64,000 nucleotides of DNA from the NCBI GenBank assembly GCA_963924565.1, contig OZ004608.1:9238001-9302000 (forward strand), given 5' to 3'. A model generated the notes under the pieces. The model was given only the letters and a program-made list of their open reading frames with translations. It was not told where the DNA came from and ran no database searches. A program made the position numbers and the translations under genes. Every line of letters starts with the position of its first letter. Position 1 is the first letter of the stretch. Positions 1 through 11,300 of this stretch are shown here, one piece after another. This DNA comes from Ascidiella aspersa. Its lineage: Eukaryota.

Positions 1-335
1 ATACGTTTGGAAATATATGGTTTATTTATTTAGAGAAGGCTTGTAAACAAAAGTTCCCTTAAAATTGTATCTTTTCATATCCGTTTAAGTTAAGTTGTAC
101 TTATCTCGAAAAATAACTGAGCTAATCGAGAATACACGATTTTATTGTTTCATTGCCTAAAATTTTCAATGACACTTAATTGTAAAGCGAGCTGTTTTAA
201 AATACAGTCATATGTGCCATCCATCGTGATGATAAAATATGCAAGGGTGTTGACATTTTTGACAAGGCGATACTTGCAGACCAAATAAAGCGTAAAACCG
301 CTAAATTAGTTAAACCAACTTATTTGCTCCATCAG

Positions 336-1412
336 ATATGCCGTTGTATTCGCCCAGCCGTGGATTCCAGGGATCACCGTTGGCCAGCTCTCGCGCTGGA
401 GCGGTTGGTAAGAACGCGCGGCAGCAGCACGGCGCCAATGTGGGCAAACTGAGGGGGCCCGTAGGGGGAGTCCCGATCAACGGGGACACGCGCCCGGGCT
501 TTATCCAGATCTCGCACCCGCTCCACATCCCGCAACAGCAGCGTCCCTCTTCCGCGGAGGCAGGCAAGAGGAACAAGATCTACGACAGCTACATGAGAGA
601 GCTGAGCACACGCGGGGAGCCGAGGACCATTAGAAGAAAAGGAGCATCTTCCGCAACCGAATCGGCTCCTCGTCCTTCCGGAGTCATCGTTAAGAGCCTT
701 GGTGGTTCCTCGGGCAAAAACCTTCCCAACCACCAGGGATACAACCGGAGCCAAACTTCAAAGAGCTCCTTTGGGTTTTCGGCGCAGGCCGGCCGCCGTT
801 CAGGCCTGGCCATCGCCGCCGACGCCCCGGCGCACCCGAGCGTGGTCAGCAGCGCCAAGTCGGCTGGCCCGATGAAGCTCGGTCTCCAGGGCGACACGGT
901 GCGCCTCAACCTGGACAAAAACATCCACGTCATCTACCGCGACCTCGGTCTTCTGAAGAAGAACGGCGGGAACGTATCGCTCCCCTCCTCGCCCAAGCAG
1001 TCCAGCATTATGACGTACGACGAGGTACGCGCAGCCAATGGAGGCTCGAGGCCCATGAGTAAGCGAAGCGGGGAGAGCAGGTCCCGGGCCGCGTCGGCAA
1101 AGTCTGCTTTCGAGGACGCTGCGTCCAGTCATTCGGTTGTCACCATCCCGACAGCCGATGTCCTACCAGAGAAGCCCGACTCGTCTGCCGTCCAGTTCGA
1201 CGAAGATCGGCCAGATCGGGAACAAAAAGAAGCTACTGATCACCAGGAAATCCAGGATCCAATAGAGGACGTGGATATGAAGCAAGTCGATGCTACTACT
1301 GAGAGACCTACATCCGCCAAGGCGGTTCGAGTATCGAAGAATTTGAACGAGGTTGCCGACTCGGGAACTCAGTACAATCCGCCGGACCCCGAACCCGGAG
1401 CACAGCTTGCTG
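336..1412 (+). CDS. Large coding exon of an unrecognised low-complexity/disordered protein (S/G/A/R/P-rich, several RPxSA-like motifs). Internal exon, or first exon if ATG 338 is the start.
   Basis: 363-aa ORF 338-1429 with GC-rich codon usage against an AT-rich background. Acceptor tttgctccatcag ends at 335 and donor G|GTAAGT is at 1412/1413. Exon length is 1077 nt, phase 1-1. Confidence 0.8.
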
Positions 1413-1742
1413 GTAAGTATGCAAACTAAACTGGCGTTTCTCTTTCATGGCAACATTTATAGCACATGCCAGAATGAAATTAATTATCCAGCGTATTTGT
1501 CTGGAACACTTGACTGAAAATACTGCTTCAGGTCAAATTTGGAATCGTTGAATAAGGATAGCTTATATCTAAGCCTAACAATCTTGGCTAATTCGAGTAT
1601 CACGTAGTCATATTGCTGGATAATTAGTTTAAATCTGGCTTAAAGTAATAAAATCAATTACCTTAATTTAACCTTGCTGTCTCTTAATTATTGCAAGTCT
1701 GACAATTGCCGAACATTCGCATTTGCTTGGATACCCTATTTC

Positions 1743-2093
1743 CAGTGTTGTACTTACATAAACCAAAACTTGACTTGACTTAAGTGCACTTAAGTCACTG
1801 TTTTCAAAATGACTTGACTTGACATGACTTAATTCTTTCAGACAAATGACTTGACTGTGAGTATTTAGGAGAAATAAACGAAGTGCTTTTATTAGGATAT
1901 TTTTATGTATAATATTTGCATATAAAACAATTGGACTAGTTTACCAGTTTTAATAGCATAAAGTTGTATTTTCATGATAATTACTTGACTGGGACTTTTT
2001 ATTGATTCTAAAATACTAAATGACCATACTAGGACTGTTTTACAAATGACCATACTAGGACAAGTGGTTCGAATGACTTGTTTGACAACACTG
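1743..2093. mobile_element. Non-autonomous DNA transposon/MITE with GACTTGACTT internal repeats
   Basis: TIRs CAGTGTTGT...ACAACACTG; flanks cctatttc / cctattaa (degenerate 8-bp TSD). Related GACTT-rich copies lie near 40140-40322 and 62540-62660. Confidence 0.7.
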
Positions 2094-2113
2094 CCTATTA
2101 ATTTTACGCGCAG

Positions 2114-2676
2114 AACACTCTGATCAAGACGCACTGGCAGTGGACGTAGAAACGAAAAGCGGAGCAAAGAAGAATGAAGATTCCTTCCCGATCCGTATGG
2201 AACTGGAAACCGGTCACGTGGCAGAGGACGAACCAAATACTGACGACCTCGACAATAAGGACGCTCGGCTAGCTTTGAAGGAGGAAGATCAAAGCACTGG
2301 ACGTGAGAAAGCTGTCGCTCTCGAAACTGATATTACCGAAACGAATCCGGTAAATGACAAAGAGCAAAAGAGTAACTCGCTTCAAGAAATTAAAGAGAGT
2401 GACAAAGAGAAAAGGGGTAAAACAGAAGAAGAAGAAAGAGAAGAAGGCGGAAAAAGAGAAGAAAGCGGAGAAAGAGAAGAAGGCGGAGAAAGAGAAGAAG
2501 GAGAAGAAAGAGAATACAAAAGCGAAGGAGGAGAATTGAAAGATCGCAGAAGCGTCTCGGAGTCGCACCTCGACCAGATTGGCAAAGAAGACTTTGAGGA
2601 AGAAGTACACGAAGACGATCCGGAGGTAAGAGGAGTCACCAAAGTAACTGTGAACATCCCTCCTCCGTCCAGTTAG
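2114..2676 (+). CDS. Terminal coding exon of the same gene: highly acidic E/D/K-rich tail ending ...VTVNIPPPSS*
   Basis: Acceptor attttacgcgcag ends at 2113. The phase-1 join (G|AA=Glu) is in frame with ORF 2140-2676. Stop TAG at 2674-2676. Confidence 0.8.
2434..2514 (+). repeat. Coding 18-nt tandem repeat, about 4.5 copies of GAAAGAGAAGAAGGCGGA (EREEGG)
   Basis: Units start at 2434, 2452, 2470, 2488 and 2506. Confidence 0.9.
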
Positions 2677-4814
2677 TAAGTGGTTGTGGTTACGCATCTC
2701 GACGTCCAGGTAAAAGGCAAAAGTCAATCCCACGCAAGCTGTGGTCTCTTATTTGACAAAACTGGTGGAAATGAATTTAAACACAGTTGCCTTTAAAATG
2801 CATAAAGATGGTACCAATTCAATATGTTTTTGGTCGTTTTTCTGGTGAAAGTGCCAACTTGATTTTATTGTACCACGTTTGTCTTTTCTGATTGTGCCAA
2901 AACGATTCCACATTCTTACGAGTGTAATATGACACAATTCTTTTCTTACTTGTTTCAAATTTGTCGAGTGTTCGCAAATGTATCTGATCTGTTGTTTAAA
3001 CGGTGACTGTGGTTGAATCGTTAAACATTAGAGATGTGTTTTTTAAAGTTGTTTTAAATCACTGTGAGGTTGCTGTTTTTGTGAGTGTACTGTGCGTGTT
3101 CAAATGGTAATTTTATTGACATCCAAAAAAAAAATACAACTTACTTTCCAGAAACTGTGAGCTCTACCTGGTTACCGTCAATTTTATCTTTTTAAAATGT
3201 AGGCCTACACAGGTTGCCGTTTTTCAAACACAGGTTACTGTCCATTTAAATGTTTGTAAAAGGTCCAAGTGACAGGTTAGTTTTGGGTGGAGACAAGAAA
3301 AAAAATCCATTTTTAGCGTTATAAGATCCATATATTTGGTAAAAGAAGAAGAAACTAAAAGTGTTTGAAACTTACTAAAATGACTAAACGTCGTATTTAA
3401 GAATTATTTTTTCGAATCGGTTAAAACCAAACCGGGCACTTTCAACAAATTGCTGAAGGAAAATACAAAACAAAGCATTTTTTCATAAAAAATTCTTGAA
3501 AATTTTATCAAAATCAAAAACTTTTATAAAAGCCCTGCTAAAATAAAACAAATTAGGTCAAAATAATTTTAAATTCTGATTTATAAGTGATTTAAATTAA
3601 TGCAATTTCTAATCCGAGGAATTTCTCTTCGAACTTTCATTAGAATTTAGAAACAAACTATATTTTAGTAATTTGTTTTTCAACAACCTTTTAGAATCGC
3701 CTCAAATTGGTATATTCCAGAATTTCAAACCGGAGCACTAATTTGATCGTGAGTTAGAACCTTACTACAGTTTTTTTTTAACCTGGGGTTGCTTGCACTG
3801 TACTATGATTCTAGATCGCAGTTCTACACACTGACTTGTTCGACAATTAGTGAATCTTTTTGCTTTTTTTTTCGAATATAATTTTTATTTTGCAGATTTA
3901 TGAAATTTTTTTTAAACTGTGGCTATTTGAAACAAAGAAGATTGGACCATGAATTTATGACCTTGGCAAGGCCACAATAGTCCTGGCTGTTTTATGTTTT
4001 ATAATATTTTTTTAAATCCAACGATTTGCGGTAATTATTGCTTGTTTTTCCAAATTTAAAGAAATACAAACTTTTTCGTTCCCGGGGTAAATTTTCCGAT
4101 TTGCAACCTGTTTTGGGCTTTAAATGCATTAGGTTCGAATTGCAATTGTTTTGGGCAAAATTTTGTTCTATTTGTTAATGCCAGAAGTTTGATTTGGTTA
4201 ACATCAGAAAATTAAAAAAATCGTTGTTCAATGGGAATTTCCAAATATTGGTTTAGCTTTTTTTTGGTCTTTTGGTTGAAAAAGTTGTTTTATTTAAAAA
4301 TTAAATAAACGTAATTATGATGGTCAGTCAATTAAAGAGTACATTCAAAAGATTTTATGTAAAACTGGAAAAAATTATATTCAATAAAAAACTTTTAAAA
4401 AACTTCCATGAGCTGGTTTCAAGCGGAACTTATTTCGTTTTTTGGGGCAAATTAGTTAAAAAAAATTTACAATGACCATTTTTATTGAAGCAAGCTGGAA
4501 ATACAAAGGCAATGGTGAAAAGCCTTTTGAAATTGTTGAAAATTTAGTTCAAAATCGGGACTATTTTGCTTTATAACAAGTATTTTGGTGTATCTGATAA
4601 TACGCTGTAAAATATCAAGATAAATCCCGTCATAAAGTTGTAAAATACATAGAATTTTTTCCTTAAAATCTTAGCTTATTGATTGATGGAAAGGCAATTT
4701 CATATAAAAAAGTTGATTGCCTTTTTTAATGAGGCGTAATGGCTGGATGATGTAGTTAAAGACGTACAATGAATATCAAGCTCATGCAGAATGAAGGAGG
4801 TATTTTCTTTAGCA

Positions 4815-5125
4815 CAGGGGATCTTAAACTGTGGTCCATGGACCCCTTGGGGGTCCGTGAACTAGTTCTAGGGGGTCCATGAAGGTTTAATTGAAACATT
4901 AGTGTAGCGGTAATCAATTTATTAAAGAAAATAATTTATTTAAAAATAAAAAGGTTTTGAACTAAATGTATTTAGACTCCATTTCACTTTCACATTTTTG
5001 GACCAAAATCAGCAAGTTGGTGAAGTCTATTTGTACTGTGACGTCTTTTTCTTGGCCTTCAGTGGTCCACGCGAGATGAAAGAAAATTTTAAGGGTCCGC
5101 GGTAAAAAAAGTTTAAGAACCCCTG
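4815..5125. mobile_element. hAT-like MITE, family A (CAGGGG..CTTAAAC termini)
   Basis: TIRs CAGGGGATCTTAAACT / AGTTTAAGAACCCCTG, with tttagca on both flanks. The subterminal GGACCCCTTGGGGGTCC is shared with the 48667-48957 copy in opposite orientation. Confidence 0.8.
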
Positions 5126-5629
5126 TTTAGCATAATTTGAAAGTGTCGAATATTTATTTTTTACTATTCTTCTCATTTTGCTAATGTAAATACAACACAC
5201 AAGAATGTCGGGAGAAAATTACATTTATTTGCCGGATCAAGACTGTTGGAACATAATTATTCGCTCTTATAAACAAGGCAAGCAGAAAAAAACACAAGAA
5301 CGGGGGATTTGGGGGGACAAGGCAAGAAATGCTAAAAAACATAGCAACGCGAAAAGAACGAAAATTAGAAGAAAGAATGCTTCGTAACAACAAGTACTGC
5401 AAACACAAAAACAGAACAAGCTGTAGGAATATATAGTTATTTGCAATACGACGAGTTGCAGGGGGTCAGAAAATCACAGCTGCGAATGTTTGGGTGTAAG
5501 ATTATAAGATCAGGGTTTCTCAACCTTTGTTTTGCGGCGACGCAAATATACTTAGCGAAAGCATAACAACGAAGCTTTGGCGTCTTAATTATATTCACCA
5601 AACTTTTTGGAAGAAAACCAAACATTTGA

Positions 5630-5670
5630 CGTCAATAAGCTCGAATTGGTCGTCAATAAGCTCGAATTGA
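5630..5670. repeat. Short tandem duplication (CGTCAATAAGCTCGAATTG x2)
   Basis: Direct repeat read from the sequence. Confidence 0.85.
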
Positions 5671-6106
5671 AAATGAGCCATGTCTGCAATTTTGTCATAT
5701 ATTGTATAAAATATGTTCAGAACCAATCTTGATAAATCTAACCAAATAGAATGACTGTATTCTTCGAGCCAGCCAGATTAAACTACGACCCAATTTAAGG
5801 TCGCGGGCCATGGGTTGAGAAACACTTTCCGAAGAGGACATCGTTAGAAAACGTGACGAAAACATATTGTTGGGGTGTTGGTAAGCAAACTTAGAAAAAA
5901 AAGCCACAGAAAAAATTATTTTTGTTATAAAAGCAACGGCAGTGGCTCGACAGGTGACTAAACTTGCCATCTTTAGAAGCGAACCGTTAAAAATTACGAG
6001 CGCCGAAAAGAGGCTTTGATGAAGAAAATCGTTTTTGGTTGACTTTTTTGGTTTTAAACCAAGTATTACGCAAAATACAGTGACCAACGAAATTTTCGCA
6101 AAAAGC

Positions 6107-6191
6107 TGACGTCACACGTGGTCTCCCACGCGTCACGCCAATGACGTCATAACGGGGATGTGAAGAAAACGCGAGAAAAGGTTATAATATA
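6107..6191 (+). promoter_or_regulatory. CRE - E-box - CCAAT - CRE - TATA-like cluster
   Basis: TGACGTCA 6107, CACGTG 6115, CCAAT 6138, TGACGTCA 6142, TATAATATA 6183; function is inferred only. Confidence 0.3.
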
Positions 6192-6754
6192 GGGCAACCG
6201 AAAACCGCAACAAAAAACGGCAAAAACTAAAACGCGAACCAGAAAAACGACGAAACGCTGCTTGTATAATTCTGAGAGTATTCATCTCGGTAAACGTTCC
6301 ACGATAGTCGCGTGGAATAACACAGTTTTCTATACAAGAGTTGTCGAACACACAGGGGGATAATAATAATACGAGAGGATAGACAGCGTGCAAGCGGGGG
6401 TGAATGGGTAAAAAGAGCGCTTTGAGGCTATATAGGACAGATAAACACTTGTAATGTGTACTCGGCGTGATGCTGTGTCTAATGCGCGGCCACCCATTCA
6501 TTGGGAAAAAGCTTCAATCGACTGACGGAAAAACGAATATTTTGGCTGCCAACAAATCGTAGAAAGCAGTGCTTTAAAGGGGTAAAACGCCCGGAATTTG
6601 TTACTATAGGAATACTGAGCCTCAGTGGAAGCGTAATTAAGGTGCAGGCTTCGTCTCGCGCGGTGCCACGTAAAACGCGGACACTGTGCGTGTTCTAAAG
6701 GAAAAGATACTTGCGGAATCGACGGATAACACCGGAACATCTTCTACAAAAATT

Positions 6755-7013
6755 TAGTGGTTCTCAAACTGTGTGCCTCGGCTCGAGAAATTCTCAAGTG
6801 TGCCACGGAACTGATTTAATTTAATGAACTGGCCTGTATTACAAATAAGTGTGGCCTTAATGTACGCCTTGATTACCGATAATAATGGTATTTACTTATT
6901 GCAGTGCGGCGTAGTAAGGGTGACATTGCATTAAAATTTGCCTAACAATTTTCTTAAAGCAACTTTGTTTCGTGGAACGTGTGCCGCAAGCTGGACGAGT
7001 TTGAGAACCACTG
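6755..7013. mobile_element. hAT/Charlie-like MITE (CAGTGGTTCTCAA termini) about 125 nt downstream of the TESK stop
   Basis: TAGTGGTTCTCAAACT ... AGTTTGAGAACCACTG inverted termini. Confidence 0.75.
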
Positions 7014-7137
7014 GTCTAAATTAACAAAGGGGCATAATAATACTCCCAATGGGCGATAAACACTTGTAGCTAAACGGCGTGACCGCCTCTTGCTTCTAAC
7101 ATAGCTTATTGCATAAACGCCAGATCGGCGTTATTCG

Positions 7138-8345
7138 CTAAAGGACGGCGTCAGACGATCGCAGATTGTACTTGGAGGAGCGCACGAAGTTACTATGATT
7201 GCAGTTCCAGTCAGTAACCAGGGAACCACCATTGGGGTCAGGATTCAGACCGGACTTCGCTCCCAAGGAGCAGCTGGAGTACATCGAGTCCGGAGGCTCG
7301 GATGCGGAAAGTTCGTCCTCGTCTATGCTCCAGACCAAGTGGTGGTTGCCACTCGGGAGGAGCGAAGGATGAAGATCGTCCTCGAACCCAGAGTCCCGGT
7401 TGCGGAGCTTGGATGGATCAGAAGCGCCGTTGCAAGAGGCGTGGTTGATGTTGCTGTTCGAGAAGTTCCTGGAACTTATTTCGTTTCCTTTCGCTTCGGC
7501 ACTTCTTCGTCGCCTGCGTGTGATTTCGGCTGCGGCCACCAGGATCCCGGTGGAGGAGCTTTCGGAAGAGGATGCGGAAGTCCGCTCTTCAGGAGCATGG
7601 CCGCAGTCCGAGCAACCAGTGGACTCCGAAGCAGCTCCTTGGTCAACGGCACCATGATTTGCGGCGGTTTTATCTAAAGTGGTAATTTTCGCTTCTTCAG
7701 ATGTGGAGAATCGCACGTGGTGTCCTCCGCTTGATTCTCCGGAGACGCTGGAGTGATCGCTCACAACGACGCAGATCGATTTAGGACGCTGCTCGGGAGC
7801 GTTTTCCGCCGCGTCGGTGAGGACCAATTCCTGCTTCTCGGCGTTCTGGTAGAAGACCTCGTCTCTGGTCCGGGAGCGGCTCTTTCGCGGCGAAGAGGCA
7901 GCGGAGGAGGAGGGAGGAAGAGCGGCGATCTTCCCTTGGCCGTGGAAGAGCGTGCTGATCTTGGAGATGTCCGGAAGACTGATGCTGCGGCGCACGGAGC
8001 AGGTCATGTTCCGGGCGAGGACCGACATGACGGAGGCGAGGGACCTCCGTTCCACATCCTCACTCACCTCCGCGTCGGCTCTCTTCCGTGCGCACCACCA
8101 GGAGGCGAGGTTATTGCCGCGAGGAGAGAGTATCATGGATCGGCGAAGAGCCATCTTGTACTCGTCGCTCACTGAAGTCGGATGTTGGGATGTGGTGGAA
8201 CCATCCGGAGTTGTGCAGTTGGACGCGGGAGCCGAGTCTAGGCTGTCTGAGGAGAGGTGGTGGACGGTGTGTGCCGGGGATGAGAGGTTCAGCGACATTC
8301 CTTGGTGGTTTGGGGAGTGCGGGTGAGGAGCCTGGTTGAACGTGG
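7138..8345 (-). CDS. TESK: TESK-like terminal exon 11 (Ser-rich disordered tail with RSISLP)
   Basis: ttttatcag acceptor; the phase-1 join is in frame with the 386-aa ORF 8298-7138; stop TAG. Confidence 0.87.
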
Positions 8346-11300
8346 CTGATAAAATAGTAAATGCTTCACGTTAAAAATAGGTTTACATTGCTAAATTTCA
8401 ATAGTTTTATTTATAATGTTCTGGCAGTAAATAGAACTGATATTTTTGCGCTATGTCCAGCCCGTGTAAAAATCCGCTTTCAAACACTTTACCAGACTGA
8501 AAAACGTACAAATTGATCTAAATCAGATTTTAAAGACACTAGTAAATTTGGTTTGGTGAAATTAGGTTAAAAAAGTATTAGGCAAGTATTCCTAACCTAT
8601 ATAGGGTCTGTCAGCAGGCGTTATGTTATAATATGAAATTGACAATTAAATATTATTAACAAGTTGCGTTTGTTTTATACTATAGCTTACAAATCTGCAG
8701 TTTAAAAAGGTCGCCGCTTACCAAAAACTACAAAATCGTTGCGCGTTAAATTTTCAATGAACTTTAAAAGCCAGCTGGCCCAAGAAAAATATTTTGAAAT
8801 TTAATATTTCGGTTGACATGAGGGCGTGGTCGCAATTAAACAAGCAGTTTAAAACTTTATTTTAAAACTTCCATAAAGCGTAAAAGCTGTTTAACACAAA
8901 TACGCCATCACGGCTTAATCGTTGCGCGATAAATTTTCAGTGAACTTTGAAAGCCAGCTAGTCAAAAATTGATAAGAGGTTTTATTTGGGAATTTCATAT
9001 CTTTGATCGACTAAACAAGCAATTATAAAATTTTGTTTAAAATTTTCCATTGAGCGTAAAAGATATATTTTCAATGAACTCTGAAAGCCAGCTAGTCCAG
9101 GACTGATAAGTGGTTTTATTAGAGAAATTACATATAGCGTAAAACCAGTGTAACACAAATACGCCAACTTACCGAAAACCGACTTGGGCCTGTGTTTGCG
9201 TCTTGGCAGTGACCTGCTTCCCTCAGTGAACTGACAGCTCTTCAGATGCTCGCTGGTGGCGATGTCAAAGGTCATCTCGAGCAGGGCAAGGCTCGGTTCG
9301 TCTACCAGCTTCATACGCCCACCATTCAAATGCTGGAAAGATGAACGAAGGGTTAGGTTTGTGCGTTATGGGGGCCAGATGGCATGATTTGACAGAAGAG
9401 TTTTTGTCAGTTTTTATGGACTGTTTGAAAGCACCCGTCTCCCTTACCCAGACACACATTTTGGCCTTTTGCACGGCCAATTTACATGTCCCCTTCCTCG
9501 GTAAAGAGCATACTGTTATAGTAATTTTTACAAATGTATGTCAGAAAATAGATGAAACAAATGTGTACCAGAAAAAAATTTACACGTACAAAATTTGCAA
9601 AACCTAAAATTCGTATAAAAATCTCCGTTGTGGATTGTGGAACTGTGGCTAAGTTTATCTATAGACCAAATCCGGATCGGGTGTTACGCCCCTAAATAAC
9701 ATATCGATCTCGCAAGCTTTGTTTTCTTAAGTTGCTTGGCTAATTAAAAAGTCAATCCCGATTGGCTTGCAATGTATATGTTTGTTCTTTCAACGTGATA
9801 TTAAGTAAAGACCCGAGCATATAGCTCACCAGGGCGGCCTTAAACGATGTAATAGCAACCGTTTTTGGAATTTTTATCTAAGAATTTATATTGAATGACA
9901 TGTTAGTGAATAACTTGGGCATTCCAAATACTAAACAATTGTGAAAATCCCAGTTAGGCCAACGCAGAAGTGGTACAAATGTCGGTATGGTATGCGATTT
10001 TTCTTTAAAGCGATGTGAACCACAATTTAGTTTTTTTTTAATTATCCGGACGTGATTTGCCGTGTTTAAAATCAACCAGTGCTAGTTTTTAGGACGCTGA
10101 TTTTATGTTAGAAGCAGACCAGTAATGAATCAAACTTCTTAGTGCATTAAATTAGAAAAATGATTTAGTCGTACGGCTAGCCTACACTAGCACTAGCCTT
10201 CTGCAAAACAGAAATGGTTTGGCCGCTTTTGTTAAATAGAGCAAGATTGCAGCAGTAGCAGCAGCACACATGACGTCAAGCACGTTGTTACGTCATCGCT
10301 GTAGCTCAGCGTGAACGTCACGTGACACAACATCCGCTCAGGGAGGGGATGGGCCATTACACCACATTCAAGAAATGTATAAAAAATAAAAAAAACTCTA
10401 ATCGGGGCCTTTGTTCGTGCAATGATAGCCTAGGGTGAAAGAACAGTTTTGTAGATGACGAATTCGACGAGATCACACGAAGAGTTGTCGGTTAATTGAG
10501 GTCAACTGCTGGTGGTTTCGAAACGATACAGTTAGTTGAGCAAGTGATTTTTGAACTTGCAGAACCGCCATTGTACGATATACCAGGTCCCTCCAATCTT
10601 TTACTCAGTCATCGCGTCATTTTAAAAAAAAATCTCTCCGCGGGTCACAACGGCTAGAAAAAATAAGAGTTTCGCGAGACGTATTTTGTCTTTTATTTTG
10701 TTATTATAGAAAAAAAAATGCAAGATGTCAAAATAATTTATTGTATTGTAGGTTGAGCAGCCTTGTGATATAGTCTTTGCTTTGCGAAAAACCGATCAGT
10801 AACTCGAATTATTTTTCTAAAACACAAAAATGCATAGAAATATACTTGAGCATTTAATAGAAAAAGAATAAAAAAAAAAGAAAAAAAAGAATGGAAACCC
10901 AAACCAACGCGCAAGAAATCCAACACGTACCAAGGTGTTACCACGCAAGGCTGGCGAGTTAAATGTTGAATAGAGACCGGGCGAGTTTAGAATGATTCAG
11001 AAGACGACCGGAAGCTAGCTGGTAAACACGGGAGCATCCGGACTGACAGCTGGCAGTTTGGTCGGGCCGTTTTTTTTCTATCAATTCTACTGCTTTTATG
11101 GACGCCGAGTGCTCTTGGCTTGTCATCGTGCGAAATAAGTTGGGCCATTTCTGCGGAGGATTTCTTTCGTTGCATAACTAAATGTAAGACTTTGATGCTA
11201 ATGGGATATAAAAGCCTGATTGCAAAAGGGTTTTAATTTTTGACTTAAAACCAGAAAGGATGGCCATAGGAGAATGTGATTAAAAGTTAACCCGTCCGCG

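Noticed and set aside
310-1132. Several - strand ORFs overlapping the first gene, and + strand ORFs 7195-8339 overlapping the last TESK exon
   Set aside because: Shadow frames of GC-rich real exons, with no splice signals or recognisable motifs.
1769-1860. GACTT repeats or other direct repeats as a CRISPR-like array
   Set aside because: Eukaryotic intronic context, no constant repeat with unique spacers and no cas genes; they belong to a MITE.
2269-2733. Hydrophobic F/S-rich - strand ORF and the KKEKKAE + strand ORF
   Set aside because: Antisense and shifted readings of the purine-rich acidic exon; only the acidic frame joins the upstream exon in phase.
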